From the NCBI RefSeq assembly GCF_963921235.1, contig NC_086097.1:222768001-222832000 (forward strand): 64,000 bases of DNA, given 5' to 3'. This document shows, one piece after another, positions 26,301 through 39,894 of the stretch (within the stretch, counting starts at the first letter, position 1; the number at the start of each line of letters is the position of its first letter). The stretch is from Mobula hypostoma. Its lineage: Eukaryota. A program made the position numbers and the translations under genes. The notes beneath the pieces were generated by a model that saw nothing but the letters and a program-made list of their open reading frames with translations, was not told the DNA's origin and did no database searches.

Positions 26301-28423
26301 GCAGGGTTCAGCAGAGGGATTTATTTGAGTTCTTATATTAAAAGCTTGCTCCAGATTTGAACACCAGTGCACTACCCCATGGAAGTGCAGTCAACACTCC
26401 TGCTCCCTCCATCCAAACTCCCAACTTAAGGTGTCATCTGAGACCACTCCAGATTCTGGACTGTGTATTTTCTGTAACTGTCCCCATTATCTCCTCTCCA
26501 GCCCTTTACACCACGTCCATCACTATTCCAATGCTTAAGTCTAGGGATGCCCCATCATCAAACTTCCTCACAGTGTCCTTCTCCATTACTTCTTCACAAA
26601 AGTCCATAGGACTTCCCCTGTGACATTTGCTTCCGCTGTGTCTGTACAAAAATCTTCAATATCTCACAACCATACACAGCCACTTGCTTACACTATCCAC
26701 AGGTATAAGAGCAACCATGTATGTTAGAATATGCATGCAATTTACCTACTTTAAAGCAACAAGCAGGCTTCAAAAAATATTTCATTGACTGCAGATCTCT
26801 AAATGAAGACGCAAAATTGTAAAAGGGAACACTCAAATGCAAGTTCCTTTTCTTCTTTCCTCTTAAGTGCCACTCAGTAGAACGTTGCTATTTACCAACA
26901 ATTCAAATGGAGTCAATTTACCACCCCTATTGACTTCATTAATAGAAATGCTTGCTCCTGCCTCTAGGGCTCTCCCTGCTCTATTTCATCTTCGATTGTC
27001 TTATATACTCTGCCAGGTAAAGAGAACTGCAATGTAATGTATATATCAACTTTCACCCTTGACAACAAGAGCTCATTTGGCTCAGATATCTTTGGAACTC
27101 CATTCACAGATTCATACAGCACAGAAACAGTTTCCACTGTTTCTGATATTTCATCAGTTAGAAAGTACTTAGGTCCAAAATAGAAAACCCCTTCCTTCTA
27201 TTTACTGATATCCATACCACTTTCTTCCAAGTGACTTTATCAATTATCTTATGAATCCATGTAATTAACATCCAAAGATGTTTCCCTGTCACTATTTTGT
27301 GTACCTTTTCTAAAATTTCTATCAGGTTCTTTAGGGTTGACCCTCTCTTTACAAACCCAATGAATCACCCAAGTTAAAATCACTTATTTTCCTTTCTACT
27401 AAAGTCAGAGATAAACCCTGTGGATTGTTTGTAACAATGTTCCTGACAAAGTGACATGTTTTCCATAAATAGGGCTTATGTTGGAATTTGATGAAAATGG
27501 AAATGGAGAATAGCAATCAATAAATTGGTAGCCCACAAGTTAGCCAGCTTAACTGAAAGATCTTCCAATTGCGTCCCATCAGATCACTGTGCTTCCAAAG
27601 AACATTTGGTAATCACGTTTAAAAAGTTTGCTAAAGTATTTACTGGTTCCCATTTTGTCCATGCCCTCTTTACCATAAGTTGCTCAGAAGAAAGGGATGA
27701 TGCAGCAGCAGGGGCCTCCACTGGCACAATGCCATAAACTGGCTGTTGCCGGGAGGCAGACCTGACTTGTTGAAAAATGTATCTTCTGGCCCATCTTCAC
27801 TATTTACTTTCACTGTCATGGTCAAGTTAACAAAGTGCTAGAGGAAAATCCCGAGGAAAACAACATAGTAAAAACCTGAATTTGCTCTTTTCAAAGTTTA
27901 ATACAAGCCTTTTTTTTATCTACAAGAGTCTGGCTATATTATTGGCAGATTCCAGTCACTCTAATGATGAAGGAATTTCTTCGTACAGAGCCATAAATGA
28001 ATCTTGCTTTTTCTGTGTCCCTCCCTGACTTTTTTTTTTAACTCAGTTGTTGTGCATTTACTGTATTAGCAAGCCTTACGCTTCTCTATACTTGCATTAA
28101 TCCCTGGTCCTTCTATTTATCTGTTCTTTTTTATTAAAAATAAGGATTTAAAGTTAAAAAAAAATGCTGAAAATCCACAGCAACTGAAACTGCTAACAAA
28201 AAAGAGAAATGTTAAAGTTTGAAGAAGAAACTTCTGGTCAAAAAAGCACTTTAATATTCACAGTCCAAATTACAAATATTGCTTCTAATTTTAACCCATT
28301 TAGTGCAGATTTTAACAACTATTCAGATTAAGAACATGAAGACATACTGTATATTACATAGTATGCCGCTGATATGCAGTCAAGTCTGTTCAGATGATCA
28401 ACCTGGTATTAATTGTTACTTAC

Positions 28424-28502
28424 CCAGGCATCTTTTCATCCCCAAACAAAGTGTGCTGTTTTCTCCCATTATTGTATTCTGCGGTGCTTATAAAAGCAGG
28501 TT
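28424..28502 (-). CDS. SBSPON: SBSPON exon 3 (EPAFISTAEYNNGRKQHTLFGDEKMPG)
   Basis: Not in the ORF track; found by eye. Acceptor ttttactgccctag, donor GTAAGT. 79 nt, phase 1 to 2, bridging exons 2 and 4. PAFIST resembles vertebrate PAFITT. Confidence 0.85.
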
Positions 28503-29509
28503 CTAGGGCAGTAAAACAAAATATTGAGTAGGATAAGATAATGCCAAATATAGTCTGATAGGTTTATCAGCTGATCACAGATATATTTTTTCACTCATTA
28601 TTATAGCTGCTTCATTTTCCTACATTATCATGTTTCAAAATTAATTCTCTGATCGAGAAGATTATAGGACGTAAAAGGCATCATAAAATGGAAACTCTTT
28701 ATTCATCATGAAGAACTTAATACTAACATTCAGTCATAGTTCTTATAAAACCTATGTTATCATCACGGTGGCTAATTCTGTATTCTGGAATGCGATAGCA
28801 TTGAAGAAGACGGTTATCTTTTGTGACTATCGTCAGTTCTCTGAATATTAATATCTATCTTCATGTATTCAAATGAATATCTGTTCGCCAAACATTATTC
28901 ATGGTAACATTACAGCTTCATGCTCATTTATGCAAAGTTATAATAGAAAGAGCCTATGCAGTAATAATTGTTCTCAGGATTAGATGTGACAATCACATTC
29001 CAAAGAAAATAATTATGTCGCATCACACTGGGTTAAACCACTATCCTTTCACAGTGGAGATCCAGATACAAATCCAACCCTGACTAATGGAACAATGCTG
29101 TCTTGTCTCTGCCAACTCTAAGCATCCCATGTGATGAGATCATGCATTCTTCTTCATGCAGTGGACAAAGTTTAGCATCAGTTGCCAGATGACTGGAAGA
29201 CATAGAATAATTGGTGTAAAAATGAAAAAATAGATTGTTACAATTTAGCATGTTTTTAAAATAAATTATGAGGCTCATTATACACTGAACATATTTCTAT
29301 TATTAAAATATGAATGAACACATTTAAGAGTGACAGATCATAACACGGGGAGTACAGGAAAGGTTGTTTTCTTACCCTAATACTGCTATGCTTCAATTTA
29401 GCAAACAAAAAAAAGACAACTTGAAGAGTTTAAAAAGAATTCCTCACTAAGAGGGGATGAATTCAAATAAGGGTTGTAAATATCGATAGGAACACTTTCA
29501 GATCAGTAC

Positions 29510-29704
29510 CATGAGACTGTCCACAGCGGATGCCCTGGTAATCCATGTACTCCAGGCAGCCTGCTCGCTCTTCCAGAGTAGGACAGGGGTCTCCATTATT
29601 CTGAGGCTCCTGTTCGACGTGGCGCTGCCGAATCCGGACACTGGGCACGCATTGCTCAGCGCAGCCACTCCACTGGCTCCATTCACTCACGACACATGGA
29701 CGAG
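29510..29704 (-). CDS. SBSPON: SBSPON exon 2: thrombospondin type-1 repeat
   Basis: RPCVVSEWSQWSGCAEQCVPSVRIRQRHVEQEPQNNGDPCPTLEERAGC... with WSxWS motif. Acceptor ttccag, donor GTACTG. 195 nt. Confidence 0.93.
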
Positions 29705-30469
29705 CTGGAATCAAGGGAACAGAGTAAAGTTCTAAATGTTACCCTAGATTGTTGTTACTCTTCTGCAGTAAGGACTTTAGAATGTAGTGTAAAACTGTTT
29801 ATAACGAGACTGATTTCAACCCTGGAACTTCTCCCTCTGTTAAACTTTATACTGCCACACACCAGGTGATGTCAACTTAAACCTTCAGCAGAGGCGCTGT
29901 TATTTTGAGAGCAACTTCAGTCTTTCAGGTGAGTGGTCGTTTGTAAGGAATAATTACACTTTACTCATTGGCATCACAAATGTTTTATTTCTATAATTAC
30001 TCAGAAGTAGATGGGTGGGTGGCTAAATATCACAGCGGGTTATCTTCAACATATATGTTTCTTACTCTTGAAAACAGAAAAAGCTGTAAACACTCAGCAA
30101 GTCAGGCAGCCTCCGTGGAAAAAGAGAGATTTCTGGTATTTTTTGACATTTCAGGTTAAAGATCCTTCCTCAGAATCATCTTAATCGGAGAATCATCATC
30201 CTGAAATATTAAGTATGTTTTAAGATATAAACCTGGTTTCATGTGGATTTCAGAGGGAATTAGGAAGGGATCCAGCGCTGGTTAGCAGCAGCATGAACAT
30301 TTAATAACGTGCAGCATACACTATAAATAAACTTGCCAAACTTCTCCAGAGACAGAATTATTTTCTTACTTCGCAACTCTAAAGAAAAATGGTCAGTAAA
30401 TTTTCCATCATGATTACTAGAAAATAAAAGTCATCGAAATGCAACGCTTATTACTGCTTATCAAATCTT

Positions 30470-30852
30470 CATAGTCATAGTCATACTTCATTGATCCCGA
30501 GGGAAACTGGGTTTCGTTGCAGTTGCACCAACCAAGAATAGAGTATAAATATAGCAATATAAAGCCATAAGTAATTAAATAATAATATGTAAATTATGCC
30601 AGATGGAAATAAGTCCACGACCAGACTATTGGCTCAGGGTGTCTGACCCTCCAAGAGAGGAGTTGTAAAGTTTGATGGCCACAGGCAGGAATGACTTCCT
30701 ATGATGCTCAGCGTTGCATCTCGGTGGAATGAGTCTCTGGCTGAATGTACTCCTGCGCCCACCCAGTACATTATGTAGTGGATGGGAGACATTGTCCAAG
30801 ATGGCATGCAACTTAGACAGCATCCTCTTTTCAGACACCACCGTCAGAGAGT
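30470..30852 (-). mobile_element. Rex/L2-type 3' fragment with (ATGACT)n tail
   Basis: ILDNVSHPLH...RKSFLPVAIKLYNSS. Same family as about 1690-1910. Confidence 0.75.
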
Positions 30853-31359
30853 CTATCACACTATGAAAGAAAATAGTAAATAATATATCATTGGTAATTT
30901 AGAATTCCACCGTCAATTTTATAACTATGAGCTATCCAGTAGCTGAAGTTCACAGTACATTTATTGAATTGTTGTACTCCTTGAAAAGTCTTTATAAAAC
31001 ATCTGCTCTATACTGACACCAGTAGCTGGTAGGTTTGCTTTATGCACAAACTCCTGTGGATTTTCCTTAATTAAAGCTTGTTGCTTTCATGTTATATCAC
31101 ACTTGGGTATTTTATTTCACTGATGTTTATAGAAAAAATACAATCATTTATGCCGACAATGAAACTATTGATCAGAACAAATAATGGAAAATTGTAGGAA
31201 ATGAACCAAGCATCATGAAACAGAAATGTGAAATTTTTATTAACTATAATTACAATCCTTCATGTCTAATTTTGCTAGGAAGTAAGTGTTTTCACCAATC
31301 TTCATATTAAGGTCATAGACAAAGAATATTCTATCCAAACATAAAGGGTTTGAATCTTA

Positions 31360-31850
31360 AATATCAGAAATTCTGCAGATGCAGGAAATCCAAAGCCACA
31401 CACACAAAATGCTGGAGGAACTCAGCAGGTCAGGCAGTATCTATGGAAGCGAATAAACAGTCGACATTTCAGGACAAGACACTTCTTCAGGACTGGAAAA
31501 GAAGGAGGAAGATACCAGAACAAAAAGGAGGTGGGAGGGGAAGGAGGATAGCTAGAAGATGATAGGTGAAGCCAAGTGGATGAGAAAGGTACAGGGCTGG
31601 AGAGGAGACTGGACCACAGGAGAAAGGAATGAGGAGGGGACACAGGGGAAAGTGATAGGCAGGTGAGAAGAGATAAGAGGACAAAGTGGGGAATAGAAGA
31701 AGGGGGAAGGGGAGAAATTTTTTAACCAGAAGCAGTAAGTAATATTCATGCCATTTGTTTGGAGACTATCCGGACAGAATATAAGGTGTAACTCCTCTAC
31801 CTGAGGGTGGCACAAGAGGAGATCATGGACAAACATGTCTGAACTGACAT
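31360..31850 (-). mobile_element. Penelope-like element 3' / pseudo-LTR fragment with hammerhead-like motif
   Basis: C-terminal remnant EELHLIFC...LQTNGMNI. Minus-strand CAGTC-CTGAAGA...GAAA-TG-TC-GACTG at 31458-31495. Confidence 0.65.
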
Positions 31851-32810
31851 ATCTGGTATGTCTTTCTAATTTCTAATGTAAGCTATTCATAATCTAAAGG
31901 CAAGGAAACTGTATTTGAGAATCAACCCAACAGCTCTAATGTCTCTGAGCAGTTGCAGAATGTTCTTTCAGGGGGAGGGGGAGCAGCCAGAAGTCGTGGC
32001 TCATGTTGGGATCAATGACATAGGCAGGAGAGGGGTAGAGGTCCTGCGCAGTTAGTTTAGGGAGTTAGCAAGGAGGCTTACGAGCAGGACCTCCAAGGTG
32101 GTAATCTCCGGATTACTCCCGGTGCCACGAGTTAAGGAAGGTCAGAAATGTCAGGACAGGAAGGTAATGCAGATGAATGAGTGGCTGTGGAGATGGTGCG
32201 GGGAGCAGGGTTTCAAGTTCTTGGATCATCAGAACCATTTCTGGGGAAGGAGTGACCTGTACAAGTGGGATAGGTTGCACTTGAACTGGAGGGGAACCAA
32301 TATCCTGAGAGGGAGGTTTGCCAATGCTGTTGGGGAGGATTTAAGCTAGATTTGCAGGGGGATGGGAACCAAAGTGAAGAGGCAGAGGACGGGGCATTTG
32401 GTGCATTTGTAGGGAGTTTATGAGGCAGATGATAGAACAAAGAAGCACTCAGTGAGATAGCTTGAGATGTGTCTATTTTAATGCAAGGAGTATCATAAAC
32501 AAGGCCAATGATCTTAGAGTGTGATTCAATACGCGGAACTATGATGTTGTGGCCATTACAGAGACTTGGGTGTCTCAGGGGCAGAAATAGCTGGTGAGTG
32601 TGCCGAGCTTTAGATGTTTCAAAAAGGACAAGGAGGGAAGCAAAAGAGGTGGTGGAGTGGCACTGCTAATCAGGGATAGTATCGCGGCTGCAGAAAAACA
32701 GGAAGTCATGGAGGGATGGTCTACTGAGTCTGTGTGGGTGGAAGTCAGAAGCAGGAAGGGGGCAATAACTCTACTGGGTGTTTTTTATGGATAGTAACGG
32801 AGACACCAAG

Positions 32811-33053
32811 GGGCACGTGGCCAAGTGGTTAAGGCATTCGTCTAGTGATCTGAAGGTCACTAGTTCAAGCCTCAGCTGCGGCAGTGTGTTTATGTCCTTG
32901 AGCAAGGCACTTAACCACACATTGCTCTAGTGTCTGTGTGAGGAGTGGCGCCCCACACAGACTTCCAATCTGCGCTTTGTAAGGCATGAAAATGCCCGAC
33001 ACAGGCCTCTCATGGTCTGAGTCGACATTCCCTCCCGTTCCCCCTCCCCCTCC
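32811..33053 (+). mobile_element. tRNA-derived SINE
   Basis: A box TGGCCAAGTGG at 32818, B-box-like AGTTCAAGCC at 32862, central gtccttgagcaaggcacttaacc, C/T-rich tail. TSD CCAAG at 32806-32810 and 33054-33058. Confidence 0.85.
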
Positions 33054-34094
33054 CCAAGTGGCAGATAGGGAGGCAGATTCTGGAATGGTGCAATTATAAT
33101 AGGTTTGGTGTGATGGATGATTTTAACTTCCCTAATATTGACTAGCATCTCCTTAGAGCAAGGGGCTTAGATGGGATGGAGTTTGTTAGGTGTGTTCAGG
33201 AAGGTTTCCTGGGGCAATATGTAGATAAGCCAACTGCAGCAGAGGCTGTACTTGATCTGGTATTGGGAAATGAATCTGCTCAGGTGTCAGGTCTCTGGGT
33301 AGGACAGCATTTTGTGGGTAGTGATCACAACCCTATCTCATTTACCATGGCACTGGAGAGGGATAGGAGCAGACAATTTGGGAAAACATTTAATTAGGGT
33401 TGGGGGGAAATATGATGCGATTAGGCAGGAACTTGGGAACATAAATTGGGAGCAGATGTTTTCAGGGAAATACACGGCAAAAATATAGCAAATGTTCGGG
33501 GAAGACTTACATGGCGCTCTGCATAGGTATGTTCCATTGAGGCAGGGAAAGGATGGTAGGGTAAAAGAACCAAGGTTACAAAATGTTCAAGAAACTAGGT
33601 ACTGTTAGAGCTCCAGAAAATTACAACGGTGCCAGGAGTGAGCTCAAGAATGAAATTAGGTGAGCTAGAAGGGGCCATGAGAAGGTCTTGGTGAGCAGAA
33701 TTGAGGAAAACCCCAAGGCATTCTACAAGTATGTGAAGAGCAAGAGGATGAGCCATGTGAGAATAGGACCAATCAGGAGTGAGAGTGGAAACGTGTGCAT
33801 GGAGTTGGAGGAGGTAGCGGAGGTACTTAATGAATACTTTGCTTCAGAATTCATTAGTGAAAAGGACCTTGGCAATTGTGGGGATGACTTACAGCGGACT
33901 GAAATACTTGAGTGTATAGACATTAAGAAAGAGGCTGTGCTGGAGCTTTTGAAAAGTATAAAGTTAGATAAATCGCCAGGTCCAGATGAGATATACCACA
34001 GGCTACTGTGGGAAGTGAGGGTGGAGATTGCTAAGCCTCTGGCAATGATCTTTGCATCATCAATAGGGAGAAGTACCAGAGGATTGGAAGTGCA

Positions 34095-36359
34095 GAGTTT
34101 GTATATTCCTGTCAGGATTAAAGGCAAATTGAATAGGAATAAGGAACCTTGGTTCTCAAGGGATATTGCAACTCTGATAAAGAAGAAGAGGGAGTTGTAT
34201 GAAATGTATAGGAAACAGGGAGAAAATCAGGTGCTTGAGGAGTATAAGAAGTGCAAGAAAATACTTAAGAAAGAAATCAGGAGGGCTAAAAGAAGACATG
34301 AGGTTGCCTTGGCAATCAAAGTGAAGGATAATCCAAAGAGCTTTTACAAGTATATTAAGAGCAAAAGGATTGTAAGGAATAAAATTGGCCCTCTTGAAGA
34401 TCAGAGTGGTCGGCTGTGTGCGGAACCAAAGGAAATGGGGGAGATCTTAAATAGGTTTTTTGCATCTGTATTTACTAAGGAAACTGGCATGAAGTCTATG
34501 GAATTGAGGGAATCAAGTAGTGAGACCATGGAAACTGTACAGATTGAAAAGGAGGAGGTGCTTGCTGTCTTGAGGAAAATTAAAGTGGATAAATCCCCGG
34601 GACCTGACAGAGTGTTCCCTCAGACCTTGAAGGAGACTAGTGTTGAAATTGCGGGGGCCCTGGCAGAAATATTTAAAATGTCGCTGTCTATGGGTGAAGT
34701 GCCGGAGGATTGGAGAGTGGCTCATGTTGTTCCGTTGTTTAAAAAAGGATCAAAAAGTAATCCGGGAAATTATAGGCCGGTGAGTTTGACGTCAGTAGTA
34801 GGTAAGTTATTGGAGGGAGTACTAAGAGACAGAATCTACAAGCATTTGGATAGACAGGGACTTATTAGGGAGAGTCAACATGGCTTTGTGCGTGGTAGGT
34901 CATGTTTGACCAATCTATTGGAGTTTTTCGAGGAGGTTACCAGGAAAGTGGATGAAGGGAAGGCAGTGGATATTGTCTACATGGACTTCAGTAAGGCCTT
35001 TGACAAGGTCCCGCATGGGAGGTTAGTTAGGAAAATTCAGTCGCTAGGTATACATGGAGAGGTGGTAAATTGGATTAGACATTGGCTCGATGGAAGAAGC
35101 CAGAGCGTGGTGGTAGAGAATTGCTTCTCTGAGTGGAGGCCTGTGACTAGTGGTGTGCCACAGGGATCAGTGCTGGGTCCACTGTTATTTGTCATCTATA
35201 TCAATGATCTGGATGATGTGGTAAATTGGATCAGCAAGTTTGCTGATGATACAAAGATTGGAGGTGTAATAGACAGTGAGGAAGGTTTTCAGAGCCTGCA
35301 GAGGGACTTGGACCAGCTGGAAAAATGGGCTGAAAAATGGCAGATGGAGTTTAATACTGACAAGTGTGAGGTATTGCACGTTGGAAGGACATAGAAACAT
35401 AGAAACATAGAAAATAGGTGCAGGAGTAGGCCATTCGGCCCTTCGAGCCTGCACCGCCATTTATTATGATCATGGCTGATCATCCAACTCAGAACCCCGC
35501 CCCAGCCTTCCCTCCATACCCCCTGATTCCCGTAGCCACAAGGGCCATATCTAACTCCCTCAAACAAACCAACATAGAACATACAGGGTTAATGGTAAGG
35601 TACTGAGGAGTGCAGTGGAACAGAGGGATCTGGGAATACAGATACAAAATTCCCTAAAAGTGTCGTCACAGGTAGATAGGGTCGTAAAGAGAGCTTTTGG
35701 TACATTGGCCTTTATTAATCAAAGTATTGAGTATAAGAGCTGGAATGTTATAATGAGGTTGTATAAGGCATTGGTGAGGCCGAATCTGGAGTATTGTGTT
35801 CAGTTTTGGTCACCAAATTACAGGAAGGATATAAATAAGGTTGAAAGAGTGCATTGAAGGTTTACAAGGATGTTGCCAGGACTTGAGAAACTCAGTTACA
35901 GAGAAAGGTTGAATAGGTTAGGACTTTATTCCCTGGAGCGTAGAAGAATGAGGGGAGATTTGATAGAGGTATATAAAATTATGATGGGTATAGATAGAGT
36001 GAATGCAAGCAGGCTTTTTCCACTGAGGCAAGGGGAGAAAAAAACCAGAGGACATGGGTTAAGGGTGAGGGGGGAAAAGTTTAAAGGGAACATTAGGGGG
36101 GGCTTCTTCACACAGAGAGTGGTGGGAGTATGGAATGAGCTGCCAGACGAGGAGGTAAATGTGGGTTCTTTTGTAATATTTAAGAATAAATTGTACAGAT
36201 ACATGGATGGGAGGTGTATGGAGGGATATGGTCCGTGTGCAGGTCAGTGGGACTAGGCAAAAAATGTTTCGGCACAGCCAAGAAGGGCCAAAAGGCCTGT
36301 TTCTGTGCTGTAGTTTCTATGGCTTCTATGGTTTCTATGGTTGCTATGGTTTCTATGGT
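34095..36359 (+). mobile_element. Younger 5'-truncated CR1 nested in the older CR1
   Basis: Long open RT (YMDFSKAFDKV, SGVPQGSVLGP, KFADD), (TTCTATGG-like)n tail at 36312-36359, TGCA at both junctions. Confidence 0.9.
35389..35563 (-). mobile_element. Short reverse CR1 3' tail inserted in the nested CR1
   Basis: (atagaaac)n aaataggtgcaggagtaggccattcggccc... It interrupts ORF2 immediately after HVGRT. Confidence 0.85.
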
Positions 36360-38479
36360 TGCAAACATTGTTCCCTTGTTCAAAAAAGGGAGTAGAGGTA
36401 ACCCAGGAAATTATAGACTAGTAAGTCTTACTTCAGTGATGGGCAAGTTGTTGGAGAAGATCCCGAGAGGCAGGATTTATGAGCATTTGGAGAGACATAA
36501 TCTGATTAGGGATAATCAGCATGGCTTTGTCAAGGACAGGTCATGCCTTACAAACCTGATTGAATTCTTTGAGGATGTAACAAAACAGATTGATGAAGGT
36601 AGACCAGTGGATGTAGTGCATATGGATTTCGGTAAGGCATTTGATAAGGTTCCCCATGTGAGGCTCATTCAGAAAGTAATGAGGCATGGGATCCAAGGAG
36701 ACCTTGCTCTGTGGATCCAGAATTGGCTTGCCCACAGAAGGCAAAGAGAGGACAGTAACCAGTGGTGCTCCCACAGGGATCTGTTCTGGGACACCTCCTC
36801 TTTGTGATTTTTATAAATGACCTGGATAAGGAAGTAGAAGGGTTGGTTAGTAATTTTGCTAATGACACAAAAATTGGGGGTGTTGTAGATAGTCTGAAGG
36901 GTTGTCAAAGGTTACAACGCGACATCGATAGGATGCAGAATTGGGCTGAGAAGTGGCAGATGGAGTTCAACCCAGATAAGTATGAAGTGGTTAATTTTGG
37001 TAGGTCAAATTTGAAAACAGAACATAATATTAATGGTAAGATTCTTGGCAGTGTGGAGGATCAGAGAGATCTTGGGATCCGTGTCCATAGGACACTCAAG
37101 GATGCTGTGCAGGTTGACAGTGTTGTTAAGATGTATGGTGTGTTGACCTTCATCAACCATGTCATTGAGTTCAAGAGTCATGAGGTAATGTTACAGCTAT
37201 ATGAGACCTTACCCCACTTGGAGTACCATGTTCAGTTCTCTTCACATCACTACACAAAGGATATGGATACTATAGAAAGAGTGCAAAGGAGATTTACAAA
37301 GGTGTTGCCTGGATTGGAGAGCGTGTCTTATGAGAATAGATTGAGTGAACTTGACCTTTTCTCCTTGGAGCGACGGAGGATGAGAGATGACCTGATAAAG
37401 GTGTATAAGATGATGAGAGGCATTGATCGTGCGGATAGCCAGAGGCATTTTTTTCTCCCTGGGCTGAAATAGCTAACGCGAGGGAGCATAGTTTTAAGAT
37501 GCTTGGAAGTAGGTGCAAAAGGTAAGTTTTTCACACTGGGAATGGTGGGTGCGTGGAATGGACTGCCAGAGAAGGTGGTAGAAGCGGATACAATAGGGTA
37601 TTTTAAGAGACTAGGTACATGGAACTTAGAAAAATAGAGGGCTATGTGCTGGGGAAATTCTAGGCAGTTTCTAGTGCAGGTTACATGACTGGTACAACAT
37701 TGTGGGCTGAACAGCCTGTAATTTGCTGTAGATTTCTATGTTCTATGTTACTGGATTCTTTGAGTGAAGTGGTTAAATCACATTAGGAAGAAAAAAAATG
37801 AGCTTCTGAGTACCAGTGTAGGTGGGGCTATGGAAAATGCCAATGCATCAAGTGAAGAGTTGATAGGACAATCTTTAAAACATTAAAGTGGTGTGGAGAA
37901 TGCAGTAATGAAGAGGTAGCATTCTAACTTAGTCTCAAGTCAATATCTACTGTATATGAGTAAGTTGTATTTAGATTTCCAATTTCCATTGTCTATTTGA
38001 ATGAGAGAATTGCAAACTAATCAATGCAATGTTGAGTTGTGTTAGTTAAATATTGAGGATTTTTTTCTCAGTTTCCATCTGTTTTTGGTTGTGATATCCT
38101 TCTCATAGAATATTAAAATATTTCTATGATGTTTCACTAACTGGATTTGCTTGAGGTTTAAAGCAAATCAGAAAATGCTGGGAACATTCTGCAGATCAGG
38201 CATTATCTGTGGAAAGAGAAGCATGGATAACATTTCATATCTGTGAAAGAGAAAATATTAAATTCCAAATTTCTGATGCCATGAAGGAAGGCTGGATAAG
38301 GTACAAGAAACATAACTGATAGAATGAGGAAAGGCTTATCATGGTGATAAACTATTGATGAAATTATCTGGTGACAAATGAAACACATCTGGAAGATGTT
38401 CTCGTTCAATTTTTTTTTGCAGAGATGTTGCCAGACCTGCTGAGTGTTTGTTTTTAAAGATTGTTCCCCTACTACATGT

Positions 38480-39005
38480 TTTTTAATTATTAGATTATGA
38501 GGACACGCAGTCCTCTTTTATTGTCATTTAGTAATGCATGCATTAAGAAATGATACAATATTCCTCCTGTGTGATATCACAGAAACACAGAACAGACCAA
38601 GACTGAAAAACTAACAAAAACCACATAATTATAACATATAGTTACAACAGTGCAACAATACCATAACTTGATGAAGAACAGGCCATGGCAAAGTAAAAAA
38701 GTTCAGAGTCTCTCGAAAGTCCCACATCTCACGCAGATGGGAGAAGGAAGAAAACTCTCCCATGCCCAACCACAGTCCGACTCTTGAGTCGTCTGAGAAC
38801 TTTGAGCTCTGATCAGCCCTCCGACACTGAGTACCGAGCACCATCTCTGCTGAATGCTTCGACCTCAGCCTCGGTCGCCAGCAGCAGGCAAAGCCGGGGA
38901 TTTTCGATTGCACAGTAGCAGCGGCAGCGAACCGGGCATTTCAGAAATTTCTGCAGATGTTCCTCTGCTTCTCACGTCTGTCTCCATCAAATCAGAATTG
39001 TGCAA
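38480..39005 (-). mobile_element. Unclassified non-autonomous LINE-like repeat
   Basis: Reverse AATAAA with a short-repeat tail at the left end and a CpG-rich body. Family not recognised. Confidence 0.4.
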
Positions 39006-39894
39006 GGTGTTTGCAGTTGACTGTCATGAGTTACATCAAGGGATGGACAGACAAAAGTTTTGAAGAACTTATTAGAACTTCTCAGATTAAAGGTAGATGA
39101 TAGACCATGATCACCCATATCATATGACATGGCACATAATGACTAAATGTTTCTTAATATTTCTATCAGAAAAAAATATTTTTCTGAAATTGAAGTCTTC
39201 AGTTAAGGATTATAACGCAAAATATTCTTTACTCTTAAAACAGGAACTTGGAACGTGTCTGCTTATGTGTAGTTTTTCATAGTATTTCTTTTATTTCATG
39301 TAATGCTCACAGAAAACTGAATTTCTAGGTAGTACATAGTAAAATAAATGTGCTTTGATAATAAATTTATTGTGAAACTTCCAACTTTTAGAAACAACAC
39401 AACAAAGTTTAAGTTGCATCTTAATTATCATAAAACTCTTCCAAAATGTTTGAAGTCATGCAGGCCATTCTTGGAGACTGCAAGCAACATACACTCTGAA
39501 GTCGCTCCAATACAAGAAACAAAAAGTTCTCTATGAAATTATCTTGGCTTCAGTTCAGCAGAACCTGCATAGGCCATGGTGGATATGACCAACTGCTCCA
39601 CAAATGATTGTTGCTAAGTGATCCAAAATGTAACACTCCCACCAATCTGCCTATTAAAATCTGTTGGAAAAGACGCATAATTCTTCACCTGGGTTCACGA
39701 GGCGGTAACTCAAATGATAGGCTTGTCATGTTTCAGAAACAAGAAGACAATTGATCTTTAAGATTTTTTAAATCGGGAGATTTTAGAGATTGGAATTGAT
39801 TCATGTAGTATATTTGAAAACTCAAAAGCTATACATGCAAATTATAATTTAATAAATGTATCTATCATAATAACAAAGGTCTTTGAAATCATCT

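Larger units (their letters stand above)
31965..37748 (+). mobile_element. Old near-complete CR1 (ORF1 esterase C-terminus and ORF2), interrupted by a SINE and a younger CR1
   Basis: ORF1 VISGLLPVPR...DLYKWDRLHLNWRGTNIL, then APE and RT motifs. The host resumes at about 36364 (ANIVPLFKKGSR) and ends in a ttctatg tail at about 37748. Confidence 0.88.

Noticed and set aside
32811..32885. Possible tRNA gene
   Set aside because: A and B boxes are present, but the cloverleaf stems pair poorly and the sequence continues into a SINE body with tail and TSD.
33688..35394. 568-aa ORF with an apparently duplicated CR1 linker region
   Set aside because: It is a chance read-through across the junction (about 34091) between an old CR1 and a nested younger CR1, ended by a third insertion. 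It is not a novel gene.
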